Below are positions 1-12,000 of a stretch of DNA of 64,000 nucleotides, in pieces. The position numbers and the translations under genes were made by a program. This DNA is from Candidatus Danuiimicrobium aquiferis (lineage in GTDB: Bacteria > Omnitrophota > Omnitrophia > Omnitrophales > Danuiimicrobiaceae), in contig MHFR01000037.1 in assembly GCA_001804285.1 (NCBI GenBank), positions 149,952 through 213,951 on the forward strand, in the 5' to 3' direction. The stretch's first letter is position 1. Every line of letters starts with the position of its first letter. The notes beneath the pieces are model-generated. The model made no database searches. It was not told the DNA's origin and was given only the letters and a program-made list of their open reading frames with translations.

Positions 1-3000
1 CAGTGTTGCCGGACGGACAGGAGTCATTGTGACCCTTTCAACTTCAATTACCACTCTCTTATCAGAATCCACCAATGTCACGGGAATCGTCATAACAACT
101 CCCGCGGACGGTGTAATTAGCAACTCTTTCCGGTCTTTCAATTCGAACTTGGCAGATTTCAACGCAACCACAGAATTTTCACTCAGAGCCTTCTGCAATT
201 TATCCGCAGTTTCCGGCTGATCAGAACTCATTCCCATGAATTTCATTCCCGCCAAATCGCTAAGTCGATAAAGAATATAAATAAACTTGGACACATCCTC
301 TACATGTCCGGCCCCGATCAATCTCCGGAGGAGATAAGCCATTCGCATCGTCGTTAGTGTGTTGATAAACACATTGAATTCCGGAGATGCGTTCACGTCG
401 CTGCCCAAAGCGTCAAAGAACTGGGTATTGGGCGCCGTATTTTTGAGGTCTAAAATAACGCCGGTTTCCGTTATTTTAAACGCTTCAAACCGGACCTTAC
501 CCCACTGCTGCTGAAGTGCTTTAAGATTAGCTTTCTCGCGAAAATAAAGCGTATTCGTAAGATGGTTATCCGTCAATTTTCCGAATTTCCCGGTTCCGAC
601 TCCGCTGACATCCAAGACAAAAAGAATCGACATTAAACCAAGGAAACGATCCACATTGATTCCTTCCGCTTCGAGCCCGGTTGTCACATTCGCAGGCACC
701 GATTCTCCGAACGGCAGGCTTCCGAAATCTGCTTCCCGTACTGTCAAATTCCGCAATAGAGCCGCTTCGACAGGATTAAATCCAAATTTTTGAGCCAATG
801 CTTGGATCAAACGGCCTCCAACATCCGTATGGAGCGGCCCTGAAGTCACCACACGGCCGAAATCATGAAGGACAACCGCAACCGCCAATAACTCTTTGTC
901 GCGCGTATTCAATCGATAATAATTCGTCCGGAGCTGATCGAGCAAACTTTCCGAAACGCGCGCTCCTTTTAAAACATGATTCTGGAAGAACTCGAAATTT
1001 CCAAGTCTCAACGCATTCAATCCTTCAAGAATAATATCCTGATGCATCTTAAACGTCGCATAATCGTCTTTTCCGTCTCCGGTTTTCCATGCCACACCGC
1101 GGATTTTTGCCAAATCTTGCCAACCAAAGATACCAACCTGGTTGAATTGACTAAAGACTTTCATCGGATCTATTTCTGATGGCATACTGCTCTTCAAACT
1201 TCCGGGCAGTTGATCAATAAAGGCAAGAACGGCTTGTTCAACCTCGTTTTGCGCACGCGTAAGCGCTGCACCCGTCAATTCGGGATTGTATGCGGCATTC
1301 ACCTTCGCGGAAAATTCGGGCGTCATGATCGAGCGGACTTCGGAGCGCCCGAATGTGCGCATTTTTTCTGCGGCAAACATTCGCGCTTGGTCGTGAATCA
1401 ACGCCTCTGCTTCACCGTATGTTTTGGCATGGATTTCTTTCGCAAACGCAGCCACGCGCGCCAAGAAAATCGATCCCAGTCGGGCAGGGATTAAATTCCT
1501 TTCAGCTTCAGTTTTATTATCCAGATAATATTGAAGAAATGCGAAAACGATTTGTGCCCATTCATTGGAGGTGAGCGAAAAGGCCGCTTGCTCTGCGGCA
1601 TTCAAGCGGTCCAGAATCGGAATGATCTGCGAAAAGCGTTTTTGGTAGTACGCGCGGTTTGCGCGGTAACCACTCTTGAACGCGCTCATCCATTCTTCCG
1701 GATTAAATCCACTCAAAATCAGATCGGCTGCGGGTTGTTTCGCCACTTCCGCCGGCGGACCACTTTCGCCGATCGCTTGAATATCGGAATTGTTTACGCG
1801 CGCCTTCCACCATTCAGGATGATCTTCGATTTGAGCGAACAACAGCTTTACCACTTCAACATACACAGCTAATTTCTCCGGCGATAGCGGACCTAATTTG
1901 TGAACTTTTTCTCCCAGCCAAACGTCTTGAGCCTTCCCACCGCTACCGATCGCCGATGCCGCAAAAAATTCCTCATCCGGAATCACCGCCGTCCAAATGG
2001 CATCTTCCGCCAAGAAATTCGTGAGCATATTTCCCGTCACCGCAAATTCACCGCCGTTCGGCATCCGGATCGATTTTCCGAACATCGCGCTAAAAAACGG
2101 ATACATAAAATGGCTGATCAGGGCAGAATCGTCTTTGCCGTAAGACCTGATGTAATTGGGCGACACATAAGCAGCGTTTCCCCTGAAAACCGGATTCAAT
2201 AATTTTTGTACCCAGTCTCCTTCGATGATTGAATCGCCGTCCAGCGAAAGAAATGCTTTGGCCTCCGCACTTTCCGCCGCCTTCATGGCAAGCCTGGATG
2301 CCCATTTCTTTCCGACAAGTCCCGCATAAGCCTCTTCCTTGCCGAATCCTCTAACAATAATTCGCGTGTCTTGTCCGTTCAACAACGCAGCTTGCTTTTG
2401 AACCGTAGCCATCGCCACTTTTGCCGCAGAGCCTTTCGTCTCCCCAATCACATAAATAAACGCTTTCTGCCCTTCACTTAAATATTCTTGCAGCGATTGA
2501 TGAACCGTCCGTACTAACTGAACGACATCCACCCGGCGTCCGGTTGTTCCCGGTATATTATTCTCAGCAATTTCGTTATACATCGGAATTAAAACAACAA
2601 TGTCAGCACGACCAACTTCCGCTTTCACCGCCGCCAGTTCTTGCGTGTTCACCTGACTCGCATCAAACGCCGCCAGCATCTCCTCTGGCGTCAACGTGCG
2701 GACTTCGGAGCGTTGCACGGTATCCGCAGCTGCCGGTCTGGCAGACGATGGCTCCAGGTATTGCAAAATAATTGACTCCGCAGCAACAGCGGCAGGCGAT
2801 AGGTCTCCCGGTTTATTCTCGATAAATTTTGGCGCCCAATTGTGGATCCTGTCCATCTGCCACCTGATATCTTTCACAAGACCGAGCAACGCATCCGGTT
2901 CATCTTTCTGGAAATGAAGGATTTGCGTTCCGGGAGCAGCGACACCTGTCCGGAGACTTTCCTTTACCTGCTCTATATATGAAGGCAACGCGTACGTATA

Positions 3001-6000
3001 GAATTGAGGTTGCGGTATTGAATCCGCCGGAATTATTATCTTGTCGCCGTCTTTAACTTCTTTTTCGGTCCACTGTTTCTCAAAAATTCGTTTAGAGACG
3101 AGCAAGCTCTGCGGCGCATGGATGAGAACCACATTCCGCGGCGTAATGCCTTCTCGGTTTAAAATCGCGAGCACGGTCTCAATATTTGCCCCGGTATTCA
3201 TCGAAGCATCCGCGGAGTCCCAAAGCATTCTGTTCTCATCAACAAGCTTTAGTTCATTTTTTAAATCCAGTTTCAGGACTGCCTCACTCACACTTTGCCA
3301 TTCAGCAACCGCTCCCGTCCCTTTGCCGACAAAAAGAACCTTCCCGGGAAGATCAAGCTCCTTCAGTGCGTCAACGACATGTTGAGGATAGCCGGCCAGC
3401 GGATTCCCAAGAACCACGATCACATCCCGCGCCGCATCCCATTGAGTGCGGTCAAGGACCTGATCTCTGTCAGGAAACGCCAAATGATCGAAATCCGTTT
3501 CAGCGGCAGTAGAAACTTGAGACAGGGTTAACGAGACAGGAGACACGATACTGCTTGCCTTTTCACCCTCTGTCATTCCCGCACTCTTCACTTCCTCTGT
3601 CATTCCCGCAGGCTTTAAGCGGGAATCCACAGTCTCCCTTGCTTGCCCCTTGTCTCTCGCCCCTTCCTCCACGCGAGCTTCGGAACGGGGTTCCTTCCCT
3701 GCTTGATCTTTTGCCCTTGCAATCAATTCATTGATGCCAGAAACTTCCAAATCCTGGCGTGCACGTTCAGGATCTCTTGCCGTATCAATAACTGCATTAA
3801 CCAATCTATCCAAAACCCGAATTTCTTGAGGGAAAATCCTCAAAATAGTGCCCTTTTTATATTCTTCAAATCTTCTGTCGACAATAAAATTCGGATCCTC
3901 AATTTTTACCCCAAACTGATGCTTTAAGCGATACAGCCTCAAAATATCGCCCATAAACATTCCTTCTGGCTTACCAACAATAGTCGTTTTCTCCGCCAGA
4001 AGATCTTGCAACCCTTGCTGATATCCATACAAATATCCCTCAGCATCGATTCCCATTTGTAAAACCGATGCTCCAGTATTTCCGGAATAAGCGGTTCTTG
4101 TCGTTGAATCAAATAGAATACGCCTGGGATAAAAGGCATGGGATTGATTCGCTTTCTTATCGTCTTTCACTTGAACTACTGTCGGACCAGCATACTGAAC
4201 TTCCACACCTTCAAACATTACAGGACGTTTGGGATCCGGATTAAGCAGCTGATCTACCGAAACATTAAGCGCTCTCGCTAATTTTTCCAACTGCTTCAAT
4301 GCATATTGATAAATTCTTTCATTACCAGACACAACTTTAGCGGAAAATTCATTTCTTTCTTCATCTAACAATCGCACTTTAATCCCAATATCAATGTCTT
4401 TTGGTATCTTATCAAAAAAGAGATCCCTCACGGATCCTCCAGCCACAACAACATCCTCAATTTGATTTTGTTTCAATAGGTGAAGAAATCTTGCAAGGCG
4501 TTCAACATGATTAAACTCAATTTTTCCCGTTTTGAGAGCCTTCTCAGCTAATGCTTTATTAAAATCAGGAGACATTTTTATTTCAAGTAATTCCTTTGGC
4601 AATTCACCATGTTTATAAAGGTATTCCAAAAAATTTTCCGCTCGCTCAGAAGAAACAAAAGCAAACGATCTTCTACTTGTTTGCCATTGTTTCTCATAAA
4701 TAGGCTCGGAGCTAGGATGTTCGGCTGATTTGGTCGTATCTCTATAACCCACAACTACTTCAACTTCCTCAGAATGTTCATAATCTTGTTGGCTGAACTT
4801 AATGCGAGAAAATAGTTCTCGTAAAATAAGCTCGGAGTGCCCAATCAAATCGGGATACTGCGCAAAAAGAGCTATTAGTTTACGGTATAACGCTATTCTT
4901 TTTTTCGTGAGAATATCGAAATCTACGGACACACCACCATCCAAAGACAATCTAGTCCAATGTTGCATAAAGCTTTCCCATATTTTGAATTCATAGGGCG
5001 CCGATGGGTTCGAAACGCGAAGAGAAGCTATTGCCTGTGCCTTTTCCCATATGTAGAACCAACCTTTGCTTGGTGTCTGAGCAGCTTGAAAATTAGAATA
5101 ATAGTGATCACAGAGTAAAAAAGCGAAAACTATTGCACCGGCATCTCCCGTTTTTAATGGGGTTGCAATCGCCCGGGCTATACTTTCACTGTTGGCACCG
5201 AATTGAACAGCTGCTCTTAGTCTAACTAATGCTGCCTCCAAGCTGTTTTTAAGCCAACTTACATCGGCCGAATCAAAATAAGCTGGAGCATTATCATATA
5301 AAGGAATATTCAATAAAGCATTTCTTATTTTTTCATTAACATCAGATGACAACGCAGGCTTAATATCCATTAGAGTTTGCACTGCTCTTACCTCAGCCTG
5401 AGCAATACCGCTATGATCGTTCAAGACAGAAATACAAATAGATGCAATTTCATTATCAGTCAGATTTAATCTTTTCAACACTTTATCCGCATCATCTTTA
5501 CCAAATTTCTTTATTGCAGAAATCGCAACAAGCAATTTCGCATCTGGAATCCCTAATCGTGTTGCAACTTCAACAGCAATGAGAGGATTCTGAAATTCTT
5601 CAAGTGCTAAAGCTAAAAACTGCTGAAATTTTTCGGCACCCACATTGTTGTCTTTTAATGCAACAACAAGTAATTCGACTTGGCCAAAAGCGCCCATTTT
5701 ATTGAGAGCGGCTATAATCAATTTTCGATCTATTTCACCATTTCTATTAAAGAATGCAGCAACAAGAGGGCTAACTGCTCTGGCATCCCCTATATTACCA
5801 AGACTTTCTATTGCATATCGACGCCAAGAGTCATTATTTTCTGTTAGCAAATCACTGAAAATTTCAACGGCACGAGTATCATTATTGTTAGCAAGAACAC
5901 CTGCAGTCACCCCCCGAATGTGTGGGGGACTGTTTATGCTCCTTGCTGCTTCAATAAGCGGCTCAATTGAGGGACTACCAATTCTGGTAAGAATCTCGAC

Positions 6001-9000
6001 AACCCCGGAAGTGCTAAAAAATCCTCTACCTCTCAACGCATTAATGAGTGGCTGAACTACATGACTACCCAATTTAACAAGAGCATTTATAGTAGCTTCA
6101 TCAGCAACGCCACCAACTCTCCGTAATCTCCAAATATACCATTTTACCCAAAACAATTTCGAGATGAGAAAAAAAACGATGGCTGTCATCCCAAGCCCTA
6201 AACCACCTGCAAGAAACGGATAACCGGAAACAAAATTCCAAATCGCCGCGAAAATCCCCGCCCCCAAAATCGCCGCAAGAGGGCCCATACCGCGGAGTGT
6301 AACATCCTTCGTGACTTTTTCCCGCGCTTCGGAGCGCTGATCTCCGGATTGTCTTAGTTGTCTTTTAATTATTCTGATATCTCGCCGAAAAGTTAATCTT
6401 CCAAAATATTGTCCTTGCTCTCGAAAAAATCGTTCACGCACCTGATCCTCTGACATGTTGAATTCTTCCTGCAAATAGCCGCGGACAATTGCGCGGCGGG
6501 CCTCTTTGGACATCCGTTCGCCCGCGGTTTTAAGAAATCGCTGCAACGTATGTTCTGCTTCCTCAACTTTCCCAAAATCGTGGAGCTGACGGCTTCTTTG
6601 AACCAAAACATCCAAATCTGCCAAAATAGCGGCATACGGAATCTGACCTGCAATTAATCGTCCCTGAAGAACGGGCGGGGCATTTTGGACACCGGCGCCA
6701 ATTATAAAATCGTTAAGCAGATTCGCGGCATCAATTTCTGCCGTTGTCGCCGGCCTTCGAATCAGAAATTTCTGAAGCGTTTTCTCAGCCCTCCGGACTT
6801 TCCTGGAAGCATGCCACCGTAACGGTTGTTGGGTGACTTGCGCCGTCGTCAAGCGAATAAGGTCGCGGAAATACAGCGCCGCCGTATACCGGCTCCTTCC
6901 CGATAAATAAGCAGGATGATCGGGAATATCCCGGTCTCTCCGTTCTTTTAACAAATCGTAAAGTACCTGCGCCGCGGCAATTTCTGTTTTAGTCACGGGC
7001 TCTTCAACGAGAAGTCCTTGGATCATTCGTTCGGCATTGAGAATTTCATTCCTCTCGGTCCGGCCCCTCTCTCTCCAGTTATCCCGTAATTGCTGACGCA
7101 ACGCCTCGCCTTTCCGAAGCACCTCCCATAAATACGGCCCGACGGCACTATTCGGAATACGCGCTCTTGTTAAATTCTCGGAAGGCGCTACCGGCATTTG
7201 TTCCACCCCGATCGCATTAGGCGCGCGGCGAACACCGACATTACCCAGAAAATCGTAAATCACCTGCGCCGCATCGATTTCCGTTTTCGTCACAGATCTT
7301 GCCGCTTCCGGCGCGTATTCCTTCAAAACCGTTCCGAAACGCCTGATTCCGCTCCTTCCGAAAAACCATTTCAAAAACTGCCAAAAACCGCGGAATCGCT
7401 CTTTAAGAGAGTTGCCTTCAAACGAATTTAAAAATGGAATGACGATGACGATCGTAACAGCCGCCAGAATTGAAACAAGAGGAATCCACCCGAGAATTGA
7501 AGCGGGAAATACCCATCCGCTGGTTATCAAAGCGACAAATAGAACTCTCAAACCAACCGTCATTGCGGCTACAATGAAAAAATTCCTTGTAACCGTTTTC
7601 CAGAGTTTTTGTCCGTTCAACGAAAAATCAGCCGTTCGAAACCCGGGAGCCAGTGCCGAAGCTACTTTTAAGCGGAATTGAAAAACGGAAAGCGGCTCGC
7701 GGATAAGCCAAACATTCCTAACCCCTTCATTGAACGCTTCGGGCCACTGCCATGTCCATGGCATCTTGCTTCTTACCACCACTTCTCCGCCCGGGTAGTA
7801 ATCATAAAATCGTTCAACGGGTCGTGCGTCTTCAATCACATTTTCTTTAACCAGTTTCCCTTCTTGATTAAACTCACCGGTGAGGCTTCTCGCCGTCGCT
7901 GAACCGTTTGCATTCACATCTGTCGTTATCACCGTTCCCCGCGGCGTATCGGTTTGCAAAAAGCGTTTGCTCGTTCTTTCTACAAAACCGCCGGCTTGAT
8001 CTGCATCAGTTGTTATTACTATTCCGCCGCCGGGGACATCTTGCCGTAAAAAGCGTCTAATGACACGCGGCAAGGCGCCATTTTCATCCACGTCAGTCGT
8101 TATGACAAGGCCGACGCCGTTTGGAACGGTTCTCAGCAAGAATCGCTTGCTCTTATTGGACGCTCGGCCATTCCCATCGACATCGGTTGTTACAACCGTT
8201 CCCATTCCCTGAATTTCGCGCCACAAAAATCTCTTACTCTTGGCTGTTATTGACCTATCGTCATTCACATCCGTCACATTCGTCGTCACAAGAATTCCGG
8301 TTCCCGGGATCGGTCTCTGTGCAGAGCTTTGTAATAGTGCAGGATTACCATAATAGGCCAAGCCGTCAATTTCAGACAACTCTTTCTTGACCGCCCATAT
8401 TTTTGGTGCATCTTTCTCAAAGTCTTTCTTGCCTTTCTCGCTCTGCCTCAGAATCTGCGGATAAATAGCATCTAACAACCTTCTGTTCAGATACGCTATT
8501 TCGATCGTTTTCATGACAGCAGTGCGGTCCAGCACTCTGGATAGTAATTCCCTGGTCTCAATGTCGAGCCTGTTTCGCATTGCGGAATTCCTCTGAATGC
8601 TCTGGTAATCCGTCCGCCGCATCCTGGCGACGAGAATTTGATTTAATGCATTTGCCCATTCTTCTATAGTAACGGCACCGCCATTCCGCAGTCTTGTTCT
8701 TATGGCGTCAAGTTTTCCCTGATCCCATCCATTCGCTAATCCATTTCCCACAAAGGAATTAGCATCGAGCCTTCCAACAAGATCGCTCGGAAATATTGCC
8801 GGGGACGGATTTTCAGCCTCAACCCATTTTAAAATACTTTCGTAATTAGTGGTCATCCAAAACTTGCCGTAATAAGGAACCAAAGAAAATAGCCACGCCA
8901 TCCCTTGCATAACAGGCAACCAACCCATGATGCTAAGAAGTCCCTGCGCTATAAACGAGACTGAGAACAAGAACCATTTGCTGTAGATGATCAATCCTGA

Positions 9001-12000
9001 CCAAGCGCCCAGTCCGATGAATAAGGCAATACCGGCAATAAAACCATAAACAAACATCCGGTTCCTGAGTACAAGCGTCTGATTTCTGGCAACTTCCCGC
9101 CATTTCGTGGCGCCCGGCTGCGCCTTCAACTCAGCATACTCTTTCGCAAGGCTCTTAATCCGTTTGCGGATAGCGACAGCATTTTCAACCGGCAAGACTC
9201 GCTCTCCTCCCCTACGACGAAAGAATAATTCTGCCTGTGTCCTATATAACTCATCTCGAGGACCGCTAAACTTTCCAGTACGGACTTTCAAGCCCGTAAC
9301 ACGAGTTGCAATTTCATCTCTTCGGTGGTTCTGCTCAGGGGTTCGTTGAGCAGCATCAATGTTATTTAAATCGTCCAGTTCAGCGTTTAACACTTGCAAT
9401 TCGGCTTCTTCCCGTTCCAAGTCGTTATCAAAATAATTGCTATCCCCCGCAGGAATCTCGAAAAGTTCTCTGATCCGGATCTTTTCGCCGTCTGGCCTGT
9501 CTCCGGGAAGCTCATTCAAATAAAGCAACACTTTGATTCGAATTGCCTCAAGATTTTTAGGCTGTTTCTTAATATCGCCTTTCGCCGCCACAATCGATCC
9601 GATACTGATCAAATCGTCATTACGCACTTTGGTCCGCAACCGGTCAAAGAAACCGACCACCCCGTTAAAAATTCCGTTAGCGACAGTCACGGGAAACAGC
9701 CAAACCAAAGGAAACATCAAAATCCTTCTATGCAATTTCGGAATCATGTGGCCAAATCTGAAATGTATCAATTGAACTAGCACAGATGCTCCGAAAAGAA
9801 TACTCAGCGACAACGGACGGCCTATCGTCTCAATATAAGTAATAAACGCAGCAATGTACCCCACGGCAGTATGCGAAATAACACCTGTCAGCCACCCAAA
9901 GGCAAAATACGAAAGCGCCACATAGGCCGCAACGGCCCCTACGAGAAAGAGGCCTTTAAGAATCTTGACGTAAACCTTATCTCCATAATAAGGTTCCTCT
10001 TTGTTATCTTTATTTAATTTTGAATTTCGCCAGATAAAATAGAAACCAATCGCCCAGGAAATCATCGGAAGCGAAACCCAGAAAAATGACCACATGTGCG
10101 CAAAATAAAATGTGTGGAGCACGTCGCTTGCCACTAAAATAACATAAGGAAACGACACGAGTCCGGCCGAAAAAATAGCGGTCAATGCGGCGCCGCCGGC
10201 CACGGCCGCAAACGTTGCCCACGGCTGCGCGTCATTAAGCACGCCCGAAACCGGATGAATGCCGACGGCATGAATCCATTTCATGAAACGTGACATAAGC
10301 ATAGCCGATACCGCAACCGAGAATGCGACAATCGCAACCGTAATGACCCACCCGGGGATACCCAAAAGCGTCCCTAAGAGTGCCGGAGTTGTAAAACCGT
10401 CAGCGCCTAAATGCGTGGCCAGATTATTAAGAACACTGATCAATCCGGCTTCCTTCGCCCCGGGAATCAAATTTGCCACGTCGCTCGTAAACGAGGCTCC
10501 TCCGAACAATGATTTATTAAAAATCAGGCTGATCGGAATACCGACGACTCCGGGAATCAGAATACCCGCCATCACAAGCGCAGCCGCTAACCACCCGACA
10601 GGAATGTACCGTCCGGTAGATAAATATAAAAGATGGAGCGACCCCAAAATCGCGATCACGCCAATCGCAGTCGCGCCGAGGGGAAGAGGAATTACAGCCG
10701 CAATCCATCCCAACTTGAAGAATAATGCGGTATTCAGAATGGCTAACGCCGCTAATGTTTTAAAAAAACGTCCACGATGGTGTTGAAATCCGCTTGGTTT
10801 AAACGGCTGAAACCCTTGAGCGAAACCGCGGTTCCAGAAATGTAGCTGATCGATGAACCCCTGAAAAGGATTTGTCAAGTTAATGACAGTCGAATCAGTA
10901 AGCTCCTTGGTAACCTCTTCTCTGGCTGGCTTTCCTAACACAAAACTGCTGTCGCTGCCTTTATAGATTGCACTCAAAATCACAAGCAAAATCGATCCCG
11001 CAGCAGTAATCCAATAAATAGGAATAACGTAACCAAAAACTCCGACAGACATCAAAACGAGAACATTCACAACTACCAATCCGGTCAAAACCGCCAATGA
11101 CCATTTGGGGCCGGCTCTCGTCGCGATCGCCTGTAAAAGGATAAATGACGCAAGTCCTGAAATCAGAATAACAGGAACCGTCACCATAACAGAAAAATAA
11201 AAAACAAAAAGATTAACGGCGGCAAAGAAAACGGTCAAGCCGACGGCACGCTTTAACCGGCTCGTACTTTTCGACATAATCAATCCCGTATACTTAGTCA
11301 ACCCGATCACAATCAACATCGACGCCCCCCACGCAAGCGTCAACACATTCAACTCCGAAAATTCCGTAAGCCGCTCGAGAGGGAAAATCTTGTCAGCGAT
11401 TCCGGAAACAGTAGGAATAATACCAAGCAGTAAAACAATAAAAGACAACATCATCGGCTCATTCAGATACCCTTTTGTCCCCCAAAACGTATTAAACCGA
11501 AGCGACATGGGATGTCCCGGTTCGAAAAAGAGCGGAATTCTAAAGAAATTGTCAGAACGGCCCCAACGCTGGCCGCGTTTCATTTTTTTCTCAACATTGG
11601 TATTCGCCTCTTCAAAAATGGCCTTCATCGTAAACGGACCTCTCGGTTCCCGGTAATCATGAGAAGGATCCCCGTAATGGATGACTCCCATTCCGCTGCG
11701 AATATAAGGCTTTTCAAACGCACCCAAAATAAAATAACCTAAAACCAAAAAAATTCCGGAACCGATCCAGGCAAACTGCGGCAGAAGAAAGACGTAGTTC
11801 ATTAACAAATACCCGAGAATCGCTCCGCCGATAGATCCCCAGAAAATAGCGAATTTAATGACGGCATACTTCGGCGTTCCCGGCGGCCCGAATAGCCCCC
11901 GGTCCAAGACATACGCGGTCTTTCCATAAAATATTTGATTATTGTCCGTCACTTCCCGCAAACGAACACCATGAAAAATACCGGCCTGTTGCGCGGTTGT

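Noticed and set aside
7870-8300. Possible CRISPR array (regular ~90-bp periodicity)
   Set aside because: Conservation is at the amino-acid level inside an open frame; there are no identical DNA repeats and no cas genes.
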